Source: an uncultured Gemmatimonadales bacterium (GTDB lineage: Bacteria > Gemmatimonadota > Gemmatimonadetes > Gemmatimonadales > GWC2-71-9). Taken from it: a stretch of 64,000 nt of DNA. Position numbers and translations under genes: made by a program. The notes under the pieces were generated by a model that saw nothing but the letters and a program-made list of their open reading frames with translations, had not been told where the DNA came from and ran no database searches. Below, piece by piece: positions 39,505-49,498 of this stretch (position 1 is its first letter; each line of letters opens with the position of its first letter). The stretch lies in contig CAVVKJ010000010.1 in the NCBI GenBank assembly GCA_963748815.1, forward strand, positions 576,001 to 640,000, written 5' to 3'.

Positions 39505-42500
39505 TCACGACCCCGGCGTCGCCGGGGCCGCCTCGAAAATGAGCAGCCACCCCCGTCCCGGCGCAACCGGAATGGGGTCGTAGGGACCGAAGCTGGCCGC
39601 GGACTGGTACCCAGGCAGCTCGGGCGCGACGATCCGGGCGCTGGCCGGGTCGAGCCCCAGCCGGGTCCAGTCCACGGCAAGACGCACCCGCGCGGTGTCC
39701 GGCGCCCAGCTCGCCACCGCCACAATGCTCCGGCCCTCGCCCTGGTATACCGTCGCGAGCACGTCGGGCCGGCCGGTGCGCACCGGGGACCCCGGCACCC
39801 ACCACCCGATCATCCGGGTGCGCTGGATCTCATAGGTGTCCCAGAATTTCCAGAGTTCCCGCGGGTCTCCCGACCAGGGAAGCCGGTTGGTCATGCCGAA
39901 GAGCATGCCGCGCCAGGGATTCCCGCCGCCCTCCAGCATCTCGCCCATCAGGCCGAAGGGAATGCCCGACATCTCGACCAGCCAGTATGCCGGCGAAGAA
40001 TCGTAGTCGAAATACTCGCCGAACCAGAGCCGGTCGATGAAGGGGAAGTGCTCGAGATAGAGGTTCGCGCTGCTGGCGAAGCCGTCGCGCGGGTTGTACT
40101 GGTTGGCGGAGTGCAGGTCGATGAGCGGCGCTGGGCGGCCGCGGGTCAGCGCCTTCCGGACCCGGACCATGATGCTCCGGTCGAAGGCGACGTCGTCGAT
40201 GTAGAGGCCATCGATCCCGATGTTCTCCACCAGCCAGTCCAGCCCCTCCACGTAGAAGTTGTGCCACCGGGAGATGCCGGTGTTGACCACCGCGGCATCC
40301 CGGATCCGCGGGACATACCAGCCGCCGATGTAGTTGCCGTCGAGATGTTCCTGCAGCCACGACGCCCCGCCCCCAGGGCCCGGGGCGATGACTTCCGTGC
40401 CGAGGCTCCGGAGCGCGGGCATTTCCGGCGCGTGGTTGGTCAGCTCGCGCACCGTGTAGTAGATCTTGACCCGCATCCCCATGGCGTGCGCGCTGTCCAC
40501 GTACGCCTTCATGGCGTCGGGACGGAGGAAGGGGTAGTTGATGAACGGGTTGATGGCCGTCGCGTGGTGCACGTTGACGGTGTTGGCCCCCATCTTCGCG
40601 ATCGAATCCAGCGGCACGTAGGAGTGGAAGTACCGCGTGGCCCACTGCGCCCCGGTCTCGAGCGGGTGGAACGGCGTCAGCAGGAGGCGGAAGTCATAGT
40701 GCTGCACCTCGCCGGCTGCCATCGTGCGGGCGCCGCTGTAGCAGACCACCGAATAGAGCTCCCGCCGGGCACGCAGCCGGCATCCCCCCCGCCCCGCGTT
40801 GGCCCAGGAAGCCGGCATCACGAGGGGTTTCGACAGGTAGAAGTTGGTGTTGAGCGGCCGGCTGTACTGATCGTCCTTGAGGCTGAACTGCACCCCGGCG
40901 TTCACGTCGCCCAGCCAGGCGCCGTCCTGGTTGTGCGTCACCTCCCAGACCCAGTCGAGGGAGTCGGGGCGCGCGCCGCCCTTGTAGCCGAGGCCCATCA
41001 GGTAGCGCGCCGCCTCGGGGCGGAGCGGGATCTCGAGGCGGATGTCCTGCAGGGCGAGGGCGGTGTCGGCGGTGAGGGCCACGGCAAATTCGGCGTTTCC
41101 GTCGAATGCGAGACTGCCGGTGACGCTCATCCGGAGCGCGGAGGCGGCAGCACTCGACTCCCACACGATGACGCCGGTGTCGTGCTCGACGACGCGCGTG
41201 CCGGTCGGTGTCCACGCCAGGTCGCGGCCATCGGCGCCGACCGCCGTGAGCTGGACCGGGCCGGCGAGCACCTCCCGGGATGATTCGCCGATCGAGGTCA
41301 TTTCGACGGTAAAGAAGCTGCGGATGGAGGTGGGCAGCCCGTTCCGGCCGATGACCAGCTTGCGACCCAGCACGCCGAGGGTGTCGCCTCGGCGGGAAAC
41401 CGGGGTGTACGGAGGGACGAGGCCGTGGTCTTCCTCGAGCCGCGAATCGAGCCAGGCGAGGCGTGCCAGGCGCCACGGTTCGTCCGCGCCGGCGTTCCGG
41501 ATCGTATCCGGTCCGACGCTGATCGTGACGGCTACGGGCACCGCCGGGAGGCCGGCGGCGGAGACGGTCGCCGTCCCGCGGTAGTCGCCGGGGCGCGCGT
41601 CGCGCGGGACCTGCACCCCGCACCAGAGCGGCTCGATCCGCCCGAGGGGGACGTCGACCTGCGTCGTGAAGTCCCTCCCCTGCCAGTCGACGCCCCCCTG
41701 GTTGAAGCAACGGAGGGCGGCGGCGGGAATGCTGCCGGCGGTCCCCGATAGCTGGGTGAAGGTGACGCGGACATCGCTCATCGGTTGCCGCGCGGCCCAG
41801 ATTCCGAGCTGGAGCGCGTAGAACTCGCCGCGGGCCGCGCTCCCGGAGATGGAGGGCGGACCAGTGCGATTGACCCAGCGCTGCGGGAGGTCGGCTGGCA
41901 TCACGATCGGGTGGGTCCGTTCCTCCGGAAAGACCAGGAACGGGCTGCCTGGAGAGCGGGCAAGCAGTTGCGCGGTCTCGGTGGCGGTCGCAATGACCTG
42001 CATGGGGTAGAACGAGTCCAGGGTGTCCGCCGCCTCGAAGGCGACGAGTCGGGCCTGGGGAAGTCGAGTGATCGCCCCCGGATCGAAGAGCCCTAGCCAC
42101 GTCGAGGAGGCCGTCGAGTCCGGACCGGGATAGGTGAGCTTCGGGTAGCTCGAAGTGACCGTGCCGGTGTAGCGGAGATAGTAGACGTAGTACTCGCCGG
42201 GGCCGCTGGTCGGCTCGAAGGCGATGTCGCCGGCCTCGCGGTCGATGGACCCGCGAAGGACATTCATGACCCGTTGGCCGGATTGCGCATCGACCACCCA
42301 GATGTCCTTCTGCACTGGATGGGCGTCGGGACGCCGCCAGGGGAGGTGGGCCCAGACGGCGGGCGCGGCCCCGGACACTGCTACCACCGCCCGGTGGTTG
42401 CCGAAGGAGTCCGCCGTCCACTGGCCGATCCGGTACGGAGCGGATTGCGCCGCCGCCGGGTGCGCCGTGACGACCATGACGGCCAGTGCCACCAGGGAGG

Positions 42501-42543
42501 GCTGCATCCAGAACTGCCGTAGTGGCCGCATCGAGTTCCTCAT
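39505..42543 (-). CDS. Large exported DUF6067 / glycoside-hydrolase-like protein
   Basis: Signal ending PAAAQ; GNHRAVV, HLPWRR, ARGEFYALQLG, RPLNTNFY, NVHHA, NPFINYPF, KIYYTVREL, DGLYIDDVAFDR, DLHSANQY. ATG 42543 overlaps the tspO TGA. Confidence 0.82.
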   Translation of the reverse strand: MRNSMRPLRQFWMQPSLVALAVMVVTAHPAAAQSAPYRIGQWTADSFGNHRAVVAVSGAAPAVWAHLPWRRPDAHPVQKDIWVVDAQSGQRVMNVLRGSIDREAGDIAFEPTSGPGEYYVYYLRYTGTVTSSYPKLTYPGPDSTASSTWLGLFDPGAITRLPQARLVAFEAADTLDSFYPMQVIATATETAQLLARSPGSPFLVFPEERTHPIVMPADLPQRWVNRTGPPSISGSAARGEFYALQLGIWAARQPMSDVRVTFTQLSGTAGSIPAAALRCFNQGGVDWQGRDFTTQVDVPLGRIEPLWCGVQVPRDARPGDYRGTATVSAAGLPAVPVAVTISVGPDTIRNAGADEPWRLARLAWLDSRLEEDHGLVPPYTPVSRRGDTLGVLGRKLVIGRNGLPTSIRSFFTVEMTSIGESSREVLAGPVQLTAVGADGRDLAWTPTGTRVVEHDTGVIVWESSAAASALRMSVTGSLAFDGNAEFAVALTADTALALQDIRLEIPLRPEAARYLMGLGYKGGARPDSLDWVWEVTHNQDGAWLGDVNAGVQFSLKDDQYSRPLNTNFYLSKPLVMPASWANAGRGGCRLRARRELYSVVCYSGARTMAAGEVQHYDFRLLLTPFHPLETGAQWATRYFHSYVPLDSIAKMGANTVNVHHATAINPFINYPFLRPDAMKAYVDSAHAMGMRVKIYYTVRELTNHAPEMPALRSLGTEVIAPGPGGGASWLQEHLDGNYIGGWYVPRIRDAAVVNTGISRWHNFYVEGLDWLVENIGIDGLYIDDVAFDRSIMVRVRKALTRGRPAPLIDLHSANQYNPRDGFASSANLYLEHFPFIDRLWFGEYFDYDSSPAYWLVEMSGIPFGLMGEMLEGGGNPWRGMLFGMTNRLPWSGDPRELWKFWDTYEIQRTRMIGWWVPGSPVRTGRPDVLATVYQGEGRSIVAVASWAPDTARVRLAVDWTRLGLDPASARIVAPELPGYQSAASFGPYDPIPVAPGRGWLLIFEAAPATPGS

Positions 42544-43427
42544 CCGCAAATGGCCGCCCGGGTGGACCACCGCGCACGGAAGGCCCCGCTCACGGTGTCG
42601 CTGGCGAAGTGAAGTTGGTAGGAGCCCAGGAGGGCGCCGTCCGGATCGGTGGCCTCGAAGGCCACCCACCCCCGGTTGGTGGTTGCGCATTCGCCGCCGG
42701 AGAGGCAGCGAACCGAGATCCCCGAGCCCGCCTCCATGCGACCCAGTTCAATCCGGCGGGCCGAGAGCCGTGACCCGGGCTCGTAGATGATCAGTTGCAG
42801 GTAGGGAAGCGGAGGGGGAAGTCGCTCGTCCGGGGAATCCGACAGGAAGATCGACGTGGCGGAACCGTCCCAGGGGGCACAGTCCGCCACGGCGACCCCT
42901 GGTGACGGAGGACCGGCGACGCCGGGCTGCGCATCCAGTGGGTTCCGCCGGACAATCGACGCGTTGAGAACGCCGGCAAACGAGACCCAGGCGAGATAGG
43001 GAACCAGGAGCCACCCGGCCACCGGCCGAACCCGGCCGAAGGCGATGACGGTCCCGAGGATGACGACCCACAGGACCACGAGATCAGCCAGCGCGAGGTC
43101 CGGCCGATGCCAGTGAAAGAAGAGCCAGGACCAGAGGGCGTTTAAAGCGAGCTGCAGGCCGAAAAGGAAGAACCCGACCCTGCCAGACCGGGTTCGGCGG
43201 CCTTCCCACGCGGTGGCAGCGGCAACTCCCATGAGGACATACAGAGTTGTCCACACTGGCCCGAAGACCCAGGAGGGGGGATTCCATGTCGGCTTGTTCA
43301 GGGAGGCATACCACTCACCCGGCGCCGCAGCCAGGCCGCCAACGGCGCCGGCGAGCAGCGCAATCACCACCCAGACCAGCAAAGTAACCGGTCTTCTGCG
43401 AGGTAAACCTCCCGCCGATTCATCCAT
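42540..43427 (-). CDS. tspO: TspO/MBR tryptophan-rich sensory protein fused to a ~130-aa C-terminal domain
   Basis: WYASLNKPTWNPPSWVFGPVWTTLY.LMG, QLALNALWSWLFF, LLVPYLAWVSFA..LN; continues in frame to DCAPWDG...CG. Confidence 0.88.
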   Translation of the reverse strand: MDESAGGLPRRRPVTLLVWVVIALLAGAVGGLAAAPGEWYASLNKPTWNPPSWVFGPVWTTLYVLMGVAAATAWEGRRTRSGRVGFFLFGLQLALNALWSWLFFHWHRPDLALADLVVLWVVILGTVIAFGRVRPVAGWLLVPYLAWVSFAGVLNASIVRRNPLDAQPGVAGPPSPGVAVADCAPWDGSATSIFLSDSPDERLPPPLPYLQLIIYEPGSRLSARRIELGRMEAGSGISVRCLSGGECATTNRGWVAFEATDPDGALLGSYQLHFASDTVSGAFRARWSTRAAICG

Positions 43428-43481
43428 GTATACAAAGACTCCAATACTTTAGAAATAAGATACTTAGCGTATGCCACATGA

Positions 43482-43495
43482 AGTGATTTATCACT
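43482..43495. promoter_or_regulatory. Palindrome AGTGAT-TT-ATCACT in the AT-rich divergent intergenic region
   Basis: 6-bp inverted repeat with a 2-nt spacer between tspO and the Spy-like gene. Confidence 0.3.
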
Positions 43496-43602
43496 ATCAC
43501 ACCCGGCGCGGTGCCCCTCGAGAACGCCCACTTGTCACGCCCGCAGCGGTTTCCCCGGCTCGCGCGTAATAAGCAGGTCACTCACCCGATCACGGAGGCA
43601 CC

Positions 43603-44025
43603 ATGCGGTTCAGAAGCATCGCTTCGGCAGCAGTCCTGGCTCTCGGACTCGCCGCCGCCCCCACCCTCTCAGCCCAGAATCCCACCCCCCCACCCTCGGG
43701 CGGACAGGGACAGCGCGGCAGCGGCCGGATGCAGGCCATGGCGCTCCAGGGCATCACCCTGACCGCCGCCCAGCAGGCGAAGGTCGACTCCATCACCGCC
43801 AAGACCCGCGCCCAGATGCCTGCGATGACCCCCGGCACCCCGCCCAGCGACGCCGACCGCCAGAAGATGATGACCCTGTCCCAGGCCTCGATCAAGGAAG
43901 TCCGCGGGGTCCTGACGCCCGACCAGCAGGCGATCTATGACAAGAACGTCGCCCAGATGCAGCAGATGATGCAGCAGCGGATGCAGGGTGGTCCGCCGCC
44001 CGCGGCGCCGGCCAATCCTGAATAA
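43603..44025 (+). CDS. Spy/CpxP-like periplasmic protein (LTxxQ motifs)
   Basis: GGAGG SD; signal peptide ...TLSAQ; LTAAQQAK and VLTPDQQ; Met/Gln-rich. Confidence 0.8.
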   Translation: MRFRSIASAAVLALGLAAAPTLSAQNPTPPPSGGQGQRGSGRMQAMALQGITLTAAQQAKVDSITAKTRAQMPAMTPGTPPSDADRQKMMTLSQASIKEVRGVLTPDQQAIYDKNVAQMQQMMQQRMQGGPPPAAPANPE

Positions 44026-44031
44026 CCTGGG

Positions 44032-44265
44032 CTAGTCGCCCGGCTTCATCCGGAACTGAAGCGCCCCGGACGGGCAGCGGCGGACCTGTTCCGCCACTCG
44101 CTCGGCCGGGGCGTTTTCCGGGCGAATCCAGCGCTTCAACTTCACGTCGAAGACGGCAGGCAGTCCGCGCACGCAATCCCCCGCATGAATACAGACATTC
44201 GGATCGAACGTGACGACGATGTCGTCGCTCTCGTACGATTGCAGCCGCTTCGGCATCCCGCTCAC
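44032..44265 (-). CDS. YjdI-like (4Fe-4S) binding protein
   Basis: [23 protein letters not shown]...WIRP...CPSGAL. Confidence 0.88.
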   Translation of the reverse strand: MSGMPKRLQSYESDDIVVTFDPNVCIHAGDCVRGLPAVFDVKLKRWIRPENAPAERVAEQVRRCPSGALQFRMKPGD

Positions 44266-44930
44266 CTCCAGGTGGTTACGTCCGCCAGGGACTTGCGCAC
44301 TATGTCGGGCACCCTGGCGTCCGCCGCGGGAAACCCGACGACTAGCAGCAGCATCGCCTTCTCGCGTGCCGGTCGCCCGAGCAGCTCGTTCAGGAAGCCC
44401 ATCGGGCTCGGCGTATGGGTGAGGGTGACGAGCCCCGCGTGATGCAGGGCCGCGATGAGGATGCCCATCGCGATCCCCACCGACTCCTGCACATAGTAGT
44501 GCGTGACCCGGGTGCCGTCGGGCCTGACCCCGTACCGCTCGGCGAAGACGGCGATCAGCGCCGGGGCCACGTCAAGGTAGGCCTTGTGCTCGTCGGTCCC
44601 GAGCGGCGCCAGCGCCTCGAGCCACTCGGCCGGGGCCGTGGCGTAAAACTCCCGTTCTTCCCGCTCCGCCGCCTCCCGAATCCGGTGCCGCAGCGCGGGC
44701 TCCCGCACCACGACAAAATGCCAGGGCTGAATGTTGGCGCCGCTTGGCGCGGTGGCCGCCGCGCGCAGGCAATCCTCGAGCACGCCGTGGGGAATGGGCC
44801 GGTCGCTGAACTGACGGACGGTGCGGCGGCGCGCGAGCTCCTCCGCGAATTCCCGTCCCCGCGCCTGCATTTCCTGCGGCTCCAGCGGGCGCCAGGTGGT
44901 CAACGGCACAAATCGCGGTTCGGAACCCAC
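44262..44930 (-). CDS. Nitroreductase superfamily, iodotyrosine deiodinase (IYD)-like
   Basis: [65 protein letters not shown]. Confidence 0.88.
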   Translation of the reverse strand: MGSEPRFVPLTTWRPLEPQEMQARGREFAEELARRRTVRQFSDRPIPHGVLEDCLRAAATAPSGANIQPWHFVVVREPALRHRIREAAEREEREFYATAPAEWLEALAPLGTDEHKAYLDVAPALIAVFAERYGVRPDGTRVTHYYVQESVGIAMGILIAALHHAGLVTLTHTPSPMGFLNELLGRPAREKAMLLLVVGFPAADARVPDIVRKSLADVTTWR

Positions 44931-45301
44931 TAGGCGGTCTCCGCCTTGAACGCAGGATTTTCGATCACCCCGAGGATGTTTCCGAAGGGGTCGCGCACGG
45001 CACCGATTCGCACCCCGTGGTCCTCGACCGCCTCGAATGCCGTCGCCCCCAGCTCGATCAGGCGCGCCCAGGCGCCGTCCGCGTTGGTCACTCCCCAGTA
45101 GGCGATGCCCGCCGGCGGCCGGACCAGTTCGGCTCCCTCCTCGGGGATCAGGCCAAGCTCGTAGCCCCCGACGTCGAATCCGACGTAGTACGGCTCGTCA
45201 AAGTAGGGGCCGTGGCCGAGGACTTCCCCGTACCAGGCTTTGGCGGCCGCAAGATCAGACACGGAGTAGATCGCGGTCCGGAGTCCAAGAAAGTGCTTCA
45301 T
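44930..45301 (-). CDS. VOC/glyoxalase family protein
   Basis: [19 protein letters not shown]...[19 protein letters not shown]...[13 protein letters not shown]. Confidence 0.88.
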   Translation of the reverse strand: MKHFLGLRTAIYSVSDLAAAKAWYGEVLGHGPYFDEPYYVGFDVGGYELGLIPEEGAELVRPPAGIAYWGVTNADGAWARLIELGATAFEAVEDHGVRIGAVRDPFGNILGVIENPAFKAETA

Positions 45302-45343
45302 CGGTCGTGCCCCCCTGCCGAACGCCCGCCGGCGGGGCGCGGC

Positions 45344-46063
45344 TCAGTGATCGATGCCGAACATGGCGAGGTACTGGCGCACCTCGCCCAGGACGAAGTT
45401 CTGCCGAGCCACCATGTCGCGAAGGGGAATCTCCGCCACCTGTTGCGTCGAATCGGTCGTCCAGAGGATGAGCGTCGTGTCCCGGAACAGATACTGTGAG
45501 ACCGGGCCCCGCACGACCGCCAGCCGCCCCTCGACGAAATAGTACTCCGTCTGGCCGTCCATCACACCGGCGTCGTTCGGTTCGGTGGCGGCCAGCTTGA
45601 GCGCGCGGCCACTGTCCGCCCAGAGGGTCAGGATGCGGGGCTTCCACCCGCGCTGCTCCGGCTGGAGCCGTCGGGTCTGGGGCTCGACGGTGGCGATGAG
45701 CGCATCGACGGAATCTGCGATGTCTCGTGCCCGATCGGGACTCGGCGCCGAGTCGGCCTCGGGGATCGACGCCTGGCTGGTGCAGGCGCTGACCAGCACC
45801 GTCCCGCTTCGGGTCAGCAACGCCTCGTTGCCCTCCAGGTGCACGCTGTAGCGCCCGTCGCCGTACCTGACCCCCGAGGCCACCCGCTCCGGATACAGCC
45901 GAACGACGCGGTTCGGGGGGAGGTGCAGTTCGCCGAATCGGGGACCCGTGGCCAACACGATCGAGTCCCCACCCGGGCAACGATAGGTGGTCGTGGGGAG
46001 GGGCGGCGAGCAGGCCGCAACGGACAGGAGGGCGGCGGCCAGCAAAAACCGGAGGGGCGACAG
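45344..46063 (-). CDS. MliC-domain lipoprotein with additional C-terminal domain; probable CTG start at 46063
   Basis: GGAGG-acct-CTG; SPLRFLLAAALLSVAAC lipobox; YRC...VASGVRY...GNEALL...C matches the MliC pattern. Confidence 0.7.
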   Translation of the reverse strand: MSPLRFLLAAALLSVAACSPPLPTTTYRCPGGDSIVLATGPRFGELHLPPNRVVRLYPERVASGVRYGDGRYSVHLEGNEALLTRSGTVLVSACTSQASIPEADSAPSPDRARDIADSVDALIATVEPQTRRLQPEQRGWKPRILTLWADSGRALKLAATEPNDAGVMDGQTEYYFVEGRLAVVRGPVSQYLFRDTTLILWTTDSTQQVAEIPLRDMVARQNFVLGEVRQYLAMFGIDH

Positions 46064-46159
46064 AGGTCCTCCAGTGTGCGAAGCGGGTGGGAGGCCGGAT
46101 ACCTTTCGGAAGATCACGCCCCGCAGGCGGGGCGGCAAGGACTGAATTGGAGGCACGCC

Positions 46160-47509
46160 ATGCGCCGATCGCTCGCCCTGATACTGCTCCTGGGCATCGC
46201 TGCCGCCCCCCTCGCGGCGCAGACACCCGAGCCGGGGGCGGCCGTCCGGATTCGGGGCATCATCGAGTCGGTGTCGGCCGCCCGGCTGGAATCCACGGTC
46301 CGGACGCTCGTCGGTTTCGGGACCCGCCATACGCTGAGCGACACCCTCTCCCCCACGCGAGGCATCGGGGCCGCCCGGCGCTGGGTCCGCGCCGAGTTCG
46401 AGCGCATCTCCCTCGATTGCGGCGGGTGCCTCGAGGTGCTGGATGTCTCGGAAATCTACGCGGGCCTTCCCCGGGTCCCGGGGCCAACCAACGTCGTCAA
46501 CATCATCGCCATCCAGCGAGGCACGTCGGACCCCGATCGCTATGTGCTCCTCAGCGGCGACATCGACAGCCGGGTGTCCGACATCATGAACGCCGTGGAC
46601 TCCAGCCCCGGCGCCAACGACAACGCGACCGGCGTGGCCGCCGTGCTGGAATCGGCCCGGGTGCTTTCCGCGCACCAGTTTCGCGGCTCAATCGTCTACG
46701 CCGCCCTTTCGGGGGAGGAGAACGGCCTCCTGGGCGGGCAGACCCTCGCCGCGCTGGCCGTCGAACGCGGGTGGCGGCTGACGGCGGTCCTCAACAACGA
46801 CATGATCGGCAACGTCCACGGTGTCGACGGCGTCCACGACACCACCACGGTGCGGGTCTTCTCGGAGGGCACCTCCCCGACGGAAAGCGACTCTGCCCGC
46901 CGCGCGCGCCGATACACCGGCGGCGAGGTGGACGGCGCCTCGCGCCAGCTGGCGCGCTACATCAAGGACGTCGGCGACGGGTACCTCCCTTCCCTCGACG
47001 TCTGGTTGATCTACCGGCTGGATCGATTCGGCCGCGGTGGACATCACCGGCCCTTCGCCGACCTCGGCTTTCCGGCGGTCCGCGTGATGGAGGCGCATGA
47101 GAACTATGCGCGTCAGCACCAGGATATCCGCATGGAAGGGGGCGTGGCCTACGGGGACGTGATCGAGGAGATCGACTTCCACTACGCGCGCAAGGTGACG
47201 GCGCTGGACGCGGCCGTTCTGGCGTCCCTCTCGTGGGCGCCGGCCGCGCCGCAGGGGGTCCGCCTTCGCGGGGCGGTCCAGCCGGCGGCCACCCTCAGCT
47301 GGTCGCCTCCCGCGGACTCCGGCTCCGTGGCGGGGTACCGTGTCTACTGGCGGCGGACGGACGCGCCCACCTGGGACCACTGGAAGGACGTCGGAACGAC
47401 GACCAGCTACCGCTTCGATGGTCTGGTCGTGGACAACTGGTTCTTCGGCGTGGCGAGCGTGAGCTCCGACGGGTTCACCAGTGTCGTGGCCGTCTCCGGT
47501 TCGGAGTGA
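46160..47509 (+). CDS. M28-family metallopeptidase with C-terminal FN3-like domain, exported
   Basis: GGAGG SD and signal peptide; FGTRHTLS, GDIDSR, PGANDNATG, SGEE.GL.G, LNNDMIGN, RGGHH.PF; LSW...YRVYWR. Confidence 0.9.
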   Translation: MRRSLALILLLGIAAAPLAAQTPEPGAAVRIRGIIESVSAARLESTVRTLVGFGTRHTLSDTLSPTRGIGAARRWVRAEFERISLDCGGCLEVLDVSEIYAGLPRVPGPTNVVNIIAIQRGTSDPDRYVLLSGDIDSRVSDIMNAVDSSPGANDNATGVAAVLESARVLSAHQFRGSIVYAALSGEENGLLGGQTLAALAVERGWRLTAVLNNDMIGNVHGVDGVHDTTTVRVFSEGTSPTESDSARRARRYTGGEVDGASRQLARYIKDVGDGYLPSLDVWLIYRLDRFGRGGHHRPFADLGFPAVRVMEAHENYARQHQDIRMEGGVAYGDVIEEIDFHYARKVTALDAAVLASLSWAPAAPQGVRLRGAVQPAATLSWSPPADSGSVAGYRVYWRRTDAPTWDHWKDVGTTTSYRFDGLVVDNWFFGVASVSSDGFTSVVAVSGSE

Positions 47510-47521
47510 GCCTGCCGCCCG

Positions 47522-47938
47522 TCAATCCTCCGGGTACGCGGCGTCGAGGATCACGTCGATCTGTCCGACGCTCTCGTCGAGGCTGAAGGTGACCGTCCAC
47601 TGCCCCGGCGTGCCGTTCAGCGTGCGGTCGTCCAGTTCGTAGAGGAGCTTCCCGTTGTACACCTCGGCGCCGTCGGCGTCGGAAATGATCAGCAGGGTGG
47701 TCCCGTGGGGCATGAAGCTCAGGTGCTGAATGGCGGCGTAGGTGCCCGGGTTGTGCCACGCGTACGTCAGCGTGGTGGTGACGTTCTGGATGTTATCGGC
47801 AGTCAGCTCGAAGTGGCCGACGAGGTTGGTCACCGTGACGTGGTTGTCGGGTCCCAGGGTCTCGGACGGGTTGCTGCACCCGGACGTTGCGGCCAGGGCG
47901 AGGGCCGAGGCGACGAGGACACGCCACTGTCTGGTCAT
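47522..47938 (-). CDS. Hypothetical lipoprotein
   Basis: AGGAG SD; MTRQWRVLVASALALAATSGC lipobox-like sequence; beta-rich remainder. Confidence 0.72.
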   Translation of the reverse strand: MTRQWRVLVASALALAATSGCSNPSETLGPDNHVTVTNLVGHFELTADNIQNVTTTLTYAWHNPGTYAAIQHLSFMPHGTTLLIISDADGAEVYNGKLLYELDDRTLNGTPGQWTVTFSLDESVGQIDVILDAAYPED

Positions 47939-47964
47939 GATGCGGCTCCTGCGCAAGATCGGGA

Positions 47965-49458
47965 TCATTGCGGCACCGAGGGCAGCGCGGTGCTGACGAA
48001 GGCACGGAGGAAGCCGGCGTCCTGGGCGACGTCGGGCTGGTTGTTGTAGTCGCTGGTGCGCGAATACCGGGTGACGCTGGCGCCGAGGCCGAGGCGCTTC
48101 GTCAGCCAGTAGCGCGCCTCGAAACTCAGTGCATCCTGAAAGTGGGCCGACTTCGATCCGTCAATCGTGTGAATCCAGAGGCCGAGATAGGACAGGCTGG
48201 CCTGCAGGTGGCGCTTGTAGAACAGGTTGCCGCTGAGGAGCGCGCCGAGCCCGGGTCCGTAGTCGTAGTTGCGGCCCTCGAGTGTCGTGTAGTAGTCGGA
48301 CTGGGTCGCGCCGATGATGATCCCGTCGAACATGACGTTGGTCTGCGCCCACCAGTCCGTCCCCTCCTCGCCGAAGGTCGAGACCACTCCCGCCAGCACG
48401 CTCTGCCCGCCGTACTCGACGGCGGGGTTGGCGAAATAATCGTACTCCATCATGAGCGAAAACTGGTGACGGCCCGACGACCCGAGGGGCCAGGCCGCGA
48501 TGCTGCCGCGCGCCGAGAGCCGGTTGAGCACCCGGCCGCTGTCGGGCGGCGGGCCCGCGATCTCGGCCGCCAGCGCGAAATACGAGAACGGCTTCTTCGC
48601 CAGGTCCTTCACGGGATCCCCGTAGGCCAGCTTGAGGCCGACGTCCCACTGGTCGAGACCTGACTCGACGCTGTCGACCGAGAACTCGTTCACCGTCCGC
48701 CGGTAGCCCAGGTCGAGCACGCCGAAGATCCGGCTGGGGCGCCAGTCGGCGGGGTTGGCGGCCACCCGACCGGACTCGCCCCGGACCAGCCGGTTGAAGC
48801 CCCCCAGCGGATTGAGGAAGAAGCCACCGATTTCGCGCCAGACCCGCTCGCTGCCGGTGGCGGTGTTGTCGAGCGTCAGATTGGAGAGGCGAAAGAAGGT
48901 CTCGCCGAGCACGATGCCGCCGAAACTGGTATTGAGCAGGTCGTTCGGCGCCGGCGCCCAGGCCTCACCAGCGATTTCCCACATCGCGCTCCCCACGAAC
49001 GGCCAGGCGAACGACTCCCAGAAGCTGTACCCGTTGCTGCGCGCGGCGTTGAAATAGAAGTTGCCGTGGTAGGGGTGCGCGAACTGGTTGTTCATGAACT
49101 GGTTGTCGTCCCATTGCCAGGGATACACCAGGTTGTTCTTGATGCTTTGCGCGGAGACCTCGGCCCAGACCTCACCCCGCAGCCCCGAATTGATTCCGTG
49201 CGGGATCACCTGCACCAGCATCAGTTCGCCGAACGCCGCCCAGAACCGCTTGGGCGGGTTGCAGTCAGGGCACGGCAGCGTGTCTCGCGCGGGCGCGGCG
49301 GCGGAATCGGCCGGGTAGAGCCAAGTTGGCAAGGTGGAACGCGGCACCGCCTGCTGGGCCGCGACGGCAAGGCTGGACGCGGGGCGTGGCCCCTGCCCGA
49401 AGGCGGCGCCGGCGCCGAGCAACAGTAATCCCGTGGCAAGTCCGAGGGTCCGTCTCAT
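47965..49458 (-). CDS. DUF3943-domain outer-membrane-like protein (paralog 1 of 3)
   Basis: Signal MRRTLGLATGLLLLGAGAAFGQ; PWQWDDNQFMNNQFAHPYHG..YFNAARSNGY.FW; APAPND; RNYDYGPG. Confidence 0.82.
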   Translation of the reverse strand: MRRTLGLATGLLLLGAGAAFGQGPRPASSLAVAAQQAVPRSTLPTWLYPADSAAAPARDTLPCPDCNPPKRFWAAFGELMLVQVIPHGINSGLRGEVWAEVSAQSIKNNLVYPWQWDDNQFMNNQFAHPYHGNFYFNAARSNGYSFWESFAWPFVGSAMWEIAGEAWAPAPNDLLNTSFGGIVLGETFFRLSNLTLDNTATGSERVWREIGGFFLNPLGGFNRLVRGESGRVAANPADWRPSRIFGVLDLGYRRTVNEFSVDSVESGLDQWDVGLKLAYGDPVKDLAKKPFSYFALAAEIAGPPPDSGRVLNRLSARGSIAAWPLGSSGRHQFSLMMEYDYFANPAVEYGGQSVLAGVVSTFGEEGTDWWAQTNVMFDGIIIGATQSDYYTTLEGRNYDYGPGLGALLSGNLFYKRHLQASLSYLGLWIHTIDGSKSAHFQDALSFEARYWLTKRLGLGASVTRYSRTSDYNNQPDVAQDAGFLRAFVSTALPSVPQ

Positions 49459-49498
49459 CCGATCCCGCCGCAGGTAAAGGTACACAACCGCGCGCCGC

